From Guillardia theta CCMP2712 (Eukaryota; Protista; Cryptophyta): a stretch of DNA of 42,102 bases. The position numbers and the translations under genes are program-made. The stretch covers positions 1-42,102 of the forward strand of contig NW_005434556.1 in the NCBI RefSeq assembly GCF_000315625.1, in the 5' to 3' direction. Positions 32,100 through 42,102 of the stretch are shown piece by piece (position 1 is the stretch's first letter; every line of letters begins with the position of its first letter). The notes beneath the pieces were generated by a model. The model made no database searches. It worked only from the letters and a program-made list of their open reading frames with translations, and was not told the origin of the DNA.

Positions 32100-33270
32100 G
32101 AGGAGAGGACCCTGTCTCAGAAGCTCTTACTTGTACGACTTGGGTTGGTTCTTGGACTCCATGAGAGATTGCTTGAGCTCTCGCGGCTGAATGAACTCAA
32201 GGGCCATGGCATGCTCGACGTCTTTCAGCAGGTTTCGATTCGACTGTTTGAGGCTTCAACACATGTCAGCTCGGCCGCTAGAGGTGAAGAAAGTGAACCG
32301 GTCAGCGGCAATCTCCATCTTGTGTTTGAAAGCAAGCTTCATACGGGTACAAGAATCCTCAACCTCCTTCTGCTCTTTCTCCAGCGATTCGTTCAGCCGC
32401 TCTCTCTGTTTGCTAATGTTTGCTTCCAAGGATACATTCTGGCGCTTCTCTTCCGACTTCTTCTGCAACCTCACATGAGAGATGTGGACAAGAACAAGCG
32501 TCAACCCTACCTGCCTCGATAGAGCTCTGCTGGATTCAAGAGCCATGTCGTAATGGCCATACTGACACACGGTTGAGCGCCTTCGAGACGGCAAGCTGAC
32601 TGACCTTGGCTTGCGTGCTCTCACGGAAGGAATAGTCGCGAACTAACGGTGAGAACTTGATGGAAGGGTAAAACTTTCTCGACACAGCAGCCTCGAAAGC
32701 CTTAGGAGAAGTCATCATGTGAAGGACTACAAAGCACAACAACCAGAATCCTCCCTTCCTTCTTCTCCTCAAAAGCCTTCCACTTCTGTTCTACTTTGCT
32801 CTCCAACTCTAGTTTCTTCATAGCCCACTCCTTGTGAAAATCTTCTTCCCTCAGCTTGAAGGCCTGGGTCAACGTTAGCACTTTGTCTCGCAGAAGTCGA
32901 CTGAGCTACAGCTGCTATGTTCCTCCTCTCCATCTTCTGTCTTTCGAGCTCATCAGCCCGGAGTTTCTCTTCATAATCCAGCTTCCTCCTGTTCGCGAGG
33001 TCCGACAGAACCTTGGCGCTGCAGCAATGGTGTGAGGAGCTTGGGAGGGTCAGACTTGAGCTCACGTCATGTAACTCTCCGGCGTCCTGTTTCTCGCCAT
33101 TCTTTTACAGAACCTTCGCAGCTCTCCGACCGAGCACTTGGCCCAATCTTCTTCGGGGAGCAGCTTCGACCGACTGAGAGTGATCTCTTGCCGAATGATC
33201 GACATGCTTATCCTTCTACTTCCACACACTGCCACAGATCGCAGAGTGACTGTTACCGGCGCATCATGTT
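32100..33270 (-). CDS. Hypothetical multi-exon coiled-coil protein; boundaries approximate
   Basis: Charged helical exon fragments (RRKLDYEEKLRADELERQKMERR; KQRERLNESLEKEQKEVED) flanked by splice-like sites. Confidence 0.5.
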
Positions 33271-33354
33271 CACGGTTTGTCCGGCATCTTCAGCGCTCTC
33301 CGTCTTCCACCATGTCGCGCGTTGTTGCGACTAGACAGAAAGGCATTCAACTGC

Positions 33355-33645
33355 CACTACCAGTACCAGTATATTTAATAAGTTTGTACCGGTTGACCGT
33401 CGTAGCCTACAAAGGTGTCAGTAGTAGTGTACTACCCGGTAGTACTACTAGTAGTACTAGTAGTACTAGTAGTACTAGTACTCCTAGCATTTGAGTTATT
33501 AGAAGCCTATTTATCGCAATCAGTCCATGACCTGGTGACGGACTCCCGGGAGGCCGCGGCCCGGCTGAACGGTCCGGCCCGGGGCCCGGCGGACCGGCCC
33601 GCGGAGCACTGCCGAAGTTCAGTCGTGACCGTCATCAGGTTATGA
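33355..33645. promoter_or_regulatory. Putative divergent-promoter region with a (TAGTAGTAC)n tract and a CCGG-dense island
   Basis: Lies between head-to-head genes; composition unlike the flanks. Confidence 0.35.
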
Positions 33646-33971
33646 GTCTCTGCGTCTCACATCTAAATGCGTGGCTTTAAGAAATATCCAGTTCCTGATA
33701 TTCATATTCAACCAGTCTATCTAAATTTCAAAGTTTATTGAAACAAATTTTAGTGTTTGACGGGGCGGAACGGAAACTCCAAAGGTGACTCTGAAAGATC
33801 AAGAGAAAGATCAAGAAAACGTCTTAGTCAGGGTGGGTAGTCAAGAAGGGGTCTATTCAGATCCGATATTGTAACGAGGTGGGGTGGGGTGGGTAAACCT
33901 TTTTTGCAGTGAATGATGATAGCAGGGGTAGGGGTAGAGGGTGGTGTCCATGGAGTTGACAGTCGGCAGTC

Positions 33972-36900
33972 ATGACTATGGCGGAAGTTGAGTGGCATGA
34001 GAGGAGAAGGGAGGGCGCGGAGGCAGAGGCAGTAGAGCAAGCGACACGCCAAGGTCCAAGCACCATGGCCGGCTCAAGATCCGATGAGGAGGTATGTGCG
34101 GCTCAAGACCATTCAAGAACGGATTTCTTGGCTGGATGTCGGTTGGAATGCGACTTGGATGAAGGTTATGAAGGAAGACACCAGAGAAGCATGGGAACGA
34201 GCCCGGATAAGAATAACAAAGGCATCTTGAGCGCGATAAAGGGAGCTGAACAGATCATCCAGGAGCAGCGGCAGAATCTCTCCAAGTTGAAGAGGCTGTT
34301 GGAGGCGAATGTCCAGCCAAGTCTGGTGGTCAAACGCGAATCGACAAAGAGCCTGCCCAGGTTGAACATGAACATGATCAAATCAGACTCAGAGTCGGGA
34401 TCACGCCGAATGAGCTTCGAGAGCACTAGTTTCTGTGAAGTAACTCCCTCCTACTCGAGCATCTCAGCTAAAACTCGGTCCCGTCAGAACAGCCCGGAGC
34501 TGTCGAGTTGTGAGAACTCTCCAACCTCAGAATTCTTTCCCGAGCTTGTCCATGAGAATTTTCTTGATTGTCCTTGCATGAGCTGGGAAGAAGCCAGCAA
34601 CATTCTTGAATCTCGGGACCTGATAGCTGAAGAGCATTCGTCAGCTGAGAACGCAGCTCATCTGTTGCAGCAATTCATGAGGCAGTGCAATTACCTTGCG
34701 ATAACAGACAGAGCGATCATCACTTATGCTGTCAAAGCCCTCCAGTCAGACGTCAAGATCTCTTCTATCCCACAAGCTCTTTTCAGCCCCAACAACAGGC
34801 AGACGACCCCGGTAACGAGACCACGGCTGGGCAGTCAGTCAGGAGGGTTGGAAAGAGACTTGCAGCAAGAGAATGTAGCAGACCAGATGAAAGCTTTTGA
34901 GTTGGCGCTGAAACTCGGCGATGACGATCAGTCCTGCATTCCCGACGAGGAGATGCGATCGATCTATGACCTCACGCAGCGTGACGTAGCCATGTCCGCC
35001 TCGGGTGAGGATGGGGATGGGGATGTCAACCAAGAGAAGTTCCAAGAGCAACTGACGAGCACGTGGATGGTGTACACGAGACTGAAAGATACGATCATGT
35101 CGCTGCTTGACAAGTACTCGGACAAGACGAGTGGGAACCTGAAGCGAAAGGGACTCGCTCGCCTGATGAAGGAACTGATCTTTGACTACGAGCCCAAGGG
35201 CGAGGACGTTGAACAAATCCTCAAGGATGCCAAGAAGGTCGGCCAGGGAACGGCAGGACGAGGACAACTGACAGCGGCGATAGTGATCTGGTATAAGAAC
35301 GTTAAGGAGCATCGAGGTCTGCTGAAGCGAGACAAGGCAGCGGTCTCAGAAGACGTCAAGGAGTGGATCGTTAGCTTCTTCACGCCCTTCAGCAGCACCC
35401 CCGTCTTCTCTTCTGACTCCTGTGGAAACACTCCTCGCTTCCGATCCAACAGCCTCACCACCGCCAAGATCTTCGTCAACCGGATCGAACAGCCGGCAAG
35501 CATGTCACTGGTGGACGAGAACAACGACTTTCCTCTTCCTGCCTGTTGGAATGAGGAGGAGCTGGTGCAGCTCAACCAGGTGCTGGAGCGCGTGGACGAG
35601 TGGGGCTGGAACCCCTTCGAGCTGTCCGAGATCACCCGCATGCGGCCGATCCAGGCGCTGGGATGGCACCTGATAAGCCACTGGAACGTGATGGAGGAGC
35701 TGATGATCGACGAGTGAGGTAGAGGTTGCGACTGATCGGCTTTGACTGTCTTGCTGCAGGGCCATCATGAAGAATTGGCTCGCGTTTGTTGAGTCAAAGT
35801 ACAACAACAACCCCTATCACAATGCCATCCATGCCTCGGACATCTTGCAGACCGTTCACTTCATCCTCAAGACTGGGAACCTGTCGAGGTATCTGACGCG
35901 GAAACAGATCACGGTAAGCTCTGCTTCCTCCTCCTCCTGCTTCTCCCCCTGCTCCTCCTCCCGCCCCGTCCTCTTCGTGTTCACTTGGTTGCAGGCTCTT
36001 CTCCTCGCGGCGCTCGTTCACGATCTGGGGCATGACGGGCTAAACAACAACTACCACAAGAACTCGATCTCGCATCGGGCACTCATGTACAATGACCAGA
36101 GCATCCAAGAGAACTATCACCTCTTCCTGCTTTTCTCCAGCATGGACTCCGAGGAAGAGATCGACATCTTCCACAGGCTGTCGCAGGAGAACTTCTTGGA
36201 GCTGAGAAAGTCGATCATCGACATGGTTCTCTTCACCGACATGTCCAAGCACTTCATGCTGCTCAAGGACCTCAAGGAGACCTGCGAGCCTCCCGACACT
36301 CTCGGCGACAAGCTTGCCGCGTCCAGCGACCTCCTCATGAAGGCCGTGCTGCACGTCAGCGACATCTCCAACCCCGCAAAGCCGAGGGAGCTGGCGATCA
36401 GCTGGACTGAGAGGTGTATCGAAGAATTCTTCAGTCAGGGAGACAAAGAAAAAAGTCTCGGACTGCCCGTGTCACCTCAGTGCAATCGAGAGACTACAAG
36501 CATTCCTGACTCGCAGGTCTATTTGCTTCCTCTCCTCTCTTTCACCTCTACTCGCTCCTTCTCCTCCACCCTATCCCTACTTGCTTCTCATCCTCTCTTA
36601 CCCTTACTCGCTTCCTCCTCCTCTCTTACCTCTTCCTCTTCATCCCTCTTTCCTCTACCTGTCCTCCAACCTTCTTCCTGTCTCCTCCTCCTCCTCCTCC
36701 TCCTCCTCCTCCTCCTCTCCGCCTTCTCGCCCCTCTGATTTTCCCCTCCCTCTCCTCCCAACTGTTCATTCCGTCATTGTCTTCATCCTTCTTCTCGCAG
36801 TGCTTCCTTTGACTTCTTTGTCTCCACTTCCTCCTCTCAGCTCCTCGAATGCTTTTCTCTCCTAGTCTCCCTTTCATGCTTTTCTTTCCTAGTCTCCCTT

Positions 36901-37821
36901 TCATGCTTTTCTTTCCTAGTCTCCCTTTCATGCTTTTCTTTCCTAGTCTCCCTTTCATGCTTTTCTCTCCTAGTCTCCCTTTCATGCTTTTCTTTCCTAG
37001 TCTCCCTTTCATGCTTTTCTCTCCTAGTCTCCCTTTCATGCTTTTCTCTCCTAGTCTCCCTTTCATGCTTTTCTTTCCTAGTCTCCCTTTCATGCTTTTC
37101 TTTCCTAGTCTCCCTTTCATGCTTTTCTTTCCTAGTCTCCCTTTCATGCTTTTCTCTCCTAGTCTCCCTTTCATGCTTTTCTTTCCTAGTCTCCCTTTCA
37201 TGCTTTTCTCTCCTAGTCTCCCTTTCATGCTTTTCTCTCCTAGTCTCCCTTTCCGTTCTCCTTTCTTTCTCCTTTCTTCGGTTCTCGGCTCTCGTTTCCT
37301 CACAGTTTGTTCCTCAGATTGGCTTCATCGAGTTTGTGGTTCTCCCCTCCTTCCAAGTGCTGTCATCAGCTCTTCCAGTTGTGAGTGATGGATAATGGCT
37401 TAGTCATGATGATGATGATGATGGAGATGATGATGATGATGGAGATGATGATGATGGAGATGATGATGATGATGATGATGGAGATGATCATGATCATGAT
37501 CATGACTGATGATCGTCCAGATCAAAGATGTCTGTTTGCCTCACCTTCAAAGCAATCTCCATTACTGGAAGGTTTGTCAACATACCTCTAGAAGCTTCTT
37601 CTCCTTTCTTCCTCCTCCTCCTCCTCCTCCTCCTCTTTCCACTTCCTCCTCCTCCTCCTCCTCCTCCTTCCACTTCTTTCTCCTCCTCCTCCTTCCACTT
37701 CTTCCCCCGCGCCCTCTTTCTCTTTCTCATTCTCAAAATCTTCAAGGAGAATAAATTGACTTATTTGCAGGAGAAGAAAGAGGAGATGCACAATGCAAGT
37801 TCAAGTAAACGCAGCGAGTAA
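33972..37821 (+). CDS. Class I 3',5'-cyclic nucleotide phosphodiesterase with long N-terminus (possible EF-hand-like segment)
   Basis: NPYHNAIHASD, HDLGHDGLNN, ENYH, TDMSKH, HVSDISNP, EEFFSQGD and SQ|IGFIEFV. Exons approx. 33972-35714, 35760-35913, 35995-36516, 37318-37380, 37521-37571, 37771-37821. Confidence 0.88.
36849..37252. repeat. 27-bp intronic minisatellite (ATGCTTTTCTYTCCTAGTCTCCCTTTC), ~15 copies
   Basis: Read directly; one dimorphic C/T position; lies inside a PDE intron. Confidence 0.92.
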
Positions 37822-37971
37822 ATACTTCAAATGGTTCATCCACCACCACCACCACCACCACCACCACCTCCTCCTCCTCCTCCTCCTCCTCCTCCTCCTC
37901 CTCCTCCTCCTCCTCCTCCTCCTTGTTTTCTCTTCTTCTTTCTTCTTTACTCATCCCCCTCCTCTTTCGCC

Positions 37972-38746
37972 TCAACTGGAAGGGCATCCGCTTTTCTCAG
38001 CAGCTCTTCGCTCTTCCGCAGCAGGATCATGGCCTGTAGCCTTTCCTTTGCGTCGTCGGATCGAATTCTCCTCCTCGCCTCCTCCTCCACCTGCGACTCC
38101 AATCAATTTCTTGCCTCTCCTCCTCCTCCTCTCCTCTCCTCTATCCACACCAGCTCCTCTCCCCTCCGTCTCCCTCTCTCCCTGCCCCCTCCCCTCCCCT
38201 CTCTCTCTTCCTCGTTTCCCCCTCCCTCTTCTCGCCTCCTCCCTCACCTCGTTGGCTTTCTGCACCAACGACGAGCTGATCATCTTCGCGCGCTCCTCCA
38301 GCTCCAGCAGCTTCTCCAGCTCCGACATGAAATGTACCACCCGCTCCTTGGGCAGCTTGAGCGGGTTCGCCTCCTCCTCCTCCTCCCTCTTCTCCTTCGT
38401 CATCATCACCCCCATCCTCTCCAGGTTCCTCCTCGCCACCAGCAGGCTGGGCCGAGCCAAGTTCACATCCTCGCTCTTGAGCTTCTCCACTGCGTCTTCA
38501 AGGCCCTTGGTCGTTGCCTCCTTTGCCTCCTCCTCCTCCTCCACCAGCTGCTGTTTCACCTCCTCCAGCTTCTCTCGGATCTGAGCGGGAGGACGGAGGT
38601 CCTCGATCTTGCTTATGGGATTCTCACTCGCTCCTGCCATGGCCAGCGCGTCGTTGAGGCCGTAGACTCGGTTCAGCTTCTCCCTCTCCTCCTCGCTCAT
38701 GCTCGTGCTCATTCCCGCGCTGCCGAAACGTCAGGATGATGATGAT

Positions 38747-38777
<31 letters not shown>

Positions 38778-39105
38778 ATGATGATGATGATAGAGATAAT
38801 GATGATGATGATGATGATGATTGAGAAGAAGAAGAAGAAGAAGAAGAAGAAGATGATGATGATGATGATTGAGAAGAAGATGAGGATGATGATGATGGAG
38901 ATGATGATTAGTGGAAGGGGAGGAACCTTTCGAACAAGGAATCGAGGTTGAGGAGAGCAAGATTTTCTTCAGCCTCGTTCAAAGCCATCCTTATCTGTTT
39001 CAGATGTGAAACTTTAATGCGGGAGGAGAGCAAGAGCAAGAGAAGGTAGAGGAGGGTCGGGAGGAAAAGATGAGAAGGAAAACAAGAAGGGGGGAGGAGG
39101 AAGAG

Positions 39106-39137
<32 letters not shown>

Positions 39138-40290
39138 GGAGGAGGAGGAGGAGGAGGAGGAGGAAGAGGAGGAAGAGGAGGAGGAGGAGGAGGAGGAGGA
39201 GGAGAAAGAAGAAGATCGGGTACCTTCATCAGGTTATGCTGTTCCTTCTCCTCCGGCTCGAGCTCTTTCTCAGCTTCCTTGAGCGACTTGTCGGCTTTCT
39301 CCGTCAGCTCTGTGACAGCTCTCTTCAGCAGCTCCGTCTCCTCCTCCAGCTGCTTCTTCCGCGTGTTCCTCTGCCTCTCCTCCCACATGGAATCAATCGC
39401 ATCCTCCTCCTTGTTCTTCGTCGACGACAGAAGATCCGACAGTGACCTGCCCTCCTCCTTCTTCTCCTCCTTCTTCTCCTCCTTCCTCCCGCCCGTCTTC
39501 GCTGGCTCCGACCCTCCTTTCCTCTCTTCTTTCCTCTCCTGCTTCTGCTTCTGCTTCTGCTTCTCCTCGTTCTTCTCCTTCTCCTTCGGCTTCTTGTCGC
39601 TCTTTCTCGTATCCTTCTTCTCCTTCTCTTCCTTCCTCCTCTCCTCCTTGCTTGTCTTCTCCTCCTCCTCCTCTGCCTGCAACGCGAGCTCCTTCCCGTT
39701 AGTCCTCATGTACTCGCTCACTGTGTCCTCCATGGCTGCTGCTCCTCCTCGCCTCCTCGTCTCGCACTCGTGCAGCTTCAGGCTCGCGTCCATCGCTCCC
39801 TCCCCGTCCTGCAGCACATCTCGAAGAAGCTCCTCCGCCCTCCGCAGCTTCTGTTCGGCCTCCTGGCATCCCTCAGGCACCCAACCACTAAGGTAGGAGG
39901 AAGAGGATGATGATGATGATGAGGAGGAGGAGGAGGAGGAGGTAGTGGCAGAAGGTTCAGGGCGGCTGTAAGTCATGAGAACTTCGGCGGAGCACATGTC
40001 AAGATTCGCGAGCATAGACTCTCTGCGGAGTTGCTCGAAACCAACAGGCTTTCTCCTTTCCTTCTCCTTCTTCTCTTTCTTCATCTCCTCCTCCTCTTTT
40101 TCCTCCTCCCTCTCTTCTTTGTTATCTCCCTTGCCCTTCTTGCTCTTCTTCTCTTCTTCTTTGTCTTCCCTTCTTGTCATCTTGTTGTCTCTGAAACCAG
40201 GATTGCTCCCCAGGTACAGGAACGAAGATGCTTTTCTCAGCTTCCGCCCTGCCTCCTCGAATCTCCCGCTCTCCTTAGCTGACTGCAACA
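37972..40290 (-). CDS. Hypothetical Glu/Lys-rich coiled-coil protein (multi-exon, 5' end undefined)
   Basis: ORFs 39014-40291 and 37972-38712 with microsatellite-filled introns; no recognisable domain. Confidence 0.5.
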
Positions 40291-40389
40291 ATGTCAGAAT
40301 AGCTGAGAAACAGAAGACAGAAATAGAGGAGGGGAGGAGAGGAGGAGCAGAGATCGAACGAAAGAGAAGAGGGGAAAGAAATGCATAGA

Positions 40390-40548
40390 CGAGGAGAGGA
40401 GAGGAGAGGAGAGGAGAGGAGAGGAGAGGAGAGGAGAGGAGAGGAGAGGAGAGGAGAGGAGAGGAGAGGAGAGGAGAGGAGAGGAGAGGAGAGGAGAGAG
40501 AGAGAGAGAGAGGAGAGGAGAGGAGAGGAGAGGAGAGGAGAGGAGAGG
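40390..40548. repeat. (GAGGA)n microsatellite
   Basis: Read directly. Confidence 0.95.
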
Positions 40549-40689
40549 AAAGCGGAGTGACGAGGAGAGACGGGGAGAAAGAGGAGCAGGGGGAGCAGGA
40601 GCAGGAGGAGAAAGACGAGGGAAAGGATGAGGGGATCAGGAGGGGAGGGACGAGCGGCTACGAGTCGGAGCAGACGTTGACAGGTTGTG

Positions 40690-41752
40690 CGACAGGCAAG
40701 CGGTCCGGACGTGTTTGGAATATGCTCTCTCCCTGCTGCCAACTCAATCGCTGAGCTCAACGACGATGGAGGAGGAGGAGGGTGGAGCGGAGGGAGACTG
40801 CGTCTACCTCATCGCTAGGCTGATCCTCCTCACCTCAGCACAGACCGTGCAGGTGAAGCTCCTATCTCCTTCCACCACCCCTTGTTGATGGGCGAGCAGG
40901 AGGGGCTCGACATGCTCGACTACCTCAGGCTGCGGCATCACTCCCGCTCGCTCTTCCTCCCGGCGTGCAAGCAGGCGGCCACCCTGAGCCTCCTCCTCCC
41001 TCGGCGATGCTCCGGGCGAGGGGAGCAGGACCGGCTGATGGGAGCGTCTCGCCTCCTCTTCCTCTCCGGGGACTACGAGCAGAGCTTCGACCGGGTTACT
41101 GAGCTCGTGAGCCGCTACATCCTGGAGGAGGAGGCGTCAGCGGGGAGGGAGGAGGCCATCCGGTTCTGCCTGCAGCTGAGGAACCAGCTGGAGGAGAACG
41201 GGGGGCAGGCGGTGAACGGGAGCCTGAGGAACGAGCTGATCGAGTGGGTGCAGAGGAGCAGCAGGAACGCGGAGGAGGTGGAAGCCATGTTCACCCTCCT
41301 CCTCCTCATGGAAGCCCATGAGCTGTATGCTCAGCAGAGCTTTGCGCAGGCTCTGAACCTCCTGCTGGAGGGAAGGCAGACCCCCCACCCCCCCGGCGCT
41401 CACATGTCCCTGTCCTACTCCCAGTTCCTGTCCAGCTGGAGGTCCCGGAGCTTCTTGCCGGTGAGAAAGAATGGGGGAGAGAGTTGAGGCATGAGGAGGA
41501 GGAGGAGGAGGAGAGCCAGCAGGAGCAGGGCAAAGGAGCAGGAGGCAGGAGGAGGAGGAGGAGGAGAGGGTTTTGCTCATGGTGGCTGCAGGTGCTCAAC
41601 GGCAGGACGGAAGCTGGTGAGATCGAACGAGCAGCCGCACGAGCGGCTGAGAAGATCCGAGCGATGGACTCAGATCTCTCCGGAGCTCCTCAGGAGGAGG
41701 AGAAGTAGCAGCAGATGTAGAGAGGGAGGAGGAGGAGGAGGAGTGGAAGCGT

Positions 41753-41815
<63 letters not shown>

Positions 41816-41960
41816 TGGGAGCGAGAAGGCGGGAGGATCAGCTGTGAGGGAGTTTGGGACGAAGGAGGAAGGAGGAGCATGGGAGTTAATTTTGAGTGCA
41901 GTTGAAGGATGAGATCATGGCTTGTAAGCCAGCGAGAACCCCGAAGTTCGGAGAGGACGG
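40690..41960 (+). CDS. Hypothetical alpha-helical protein (multi-exon), weak resemblance to the Nup93/Nic96 C-terminus
   Basis: Exon-like ORFs 40685-40888, 40882-41487 and 41594-41708; segment LLLLMEAHELYAQQSFAQALNLL. Family assignment tentative. Confidence 0.35.
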
Positions 41961-42057
41961 TGAGATTTTCGATTTCTCCTCCCCTCCTCCCGTCTGTGCT
42001 CCGTTTCCTCCTCCAGCTGCTGCTGCTGCTCCTACTCCTTCTCTTCCCCTTGCCCAG

Positions 42058-42097
<40 letters not shown>

Positions 42098-42102
42098 TTG
42101 CC

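Noticed and set aside
36626-37591. ORFs with (KSMKGRLGK)n, (PSLPFMLFF)n and poly-Met
   Set aside because: Translations of intronic mini- and microsatellites inside the PDE gene.

Overview
Eukaryotic nuclear chromosome-end region. TTTAGGG-type telomere repeats, ~45-60-nt introns with CTGAC branch sites and abundant GAGGA/GAT microsatellites suggest a cryptophyte such as Guillardia theta (inference only). 1-6173: two ~3-kb, near-identical, ORF1-only non-LTR-type units nested in short (CCCTAAA)n tracts, each with a (TAA)n tail and a 19-bp repeat array at its 5' end. 6364-12650: largely intron-free, frameshifted Cys-rich/NHL/Gly-rich/PA14/LamG-like surface-protein sequences with a sharp GC/AT mosaic. 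~12610-16400: decayed relative of the telomeric units, with ORF1 coupled through TAATG to an ORF2 carrying a Ulp1-like protease and an APE endonuclease. 16745-21150 is the most striking feature. What looks like a ~108-bp non-coding satellite is an array of introns separating twelve 3-nt exons and one 6-nt exon. Spliced together they give a stop-free Cys-rich N-terminus (..KC-A-R-G-D-A-Y-K-G-L-W-R-CC-N-CAKSAGWSHYEK-YGCRHC..) that runs in frame into a coiled coil, a TK/TKL kinase and a caspase-like protease. Next come a PARP pseudogene, a 5'-truncated copy of the telomeric element with a TSD, and a disrupted polycystin-like gene. The rest is ordinary host genes: WD40-RCC1-coiled coil, class I PDE and low-complexity proteins.
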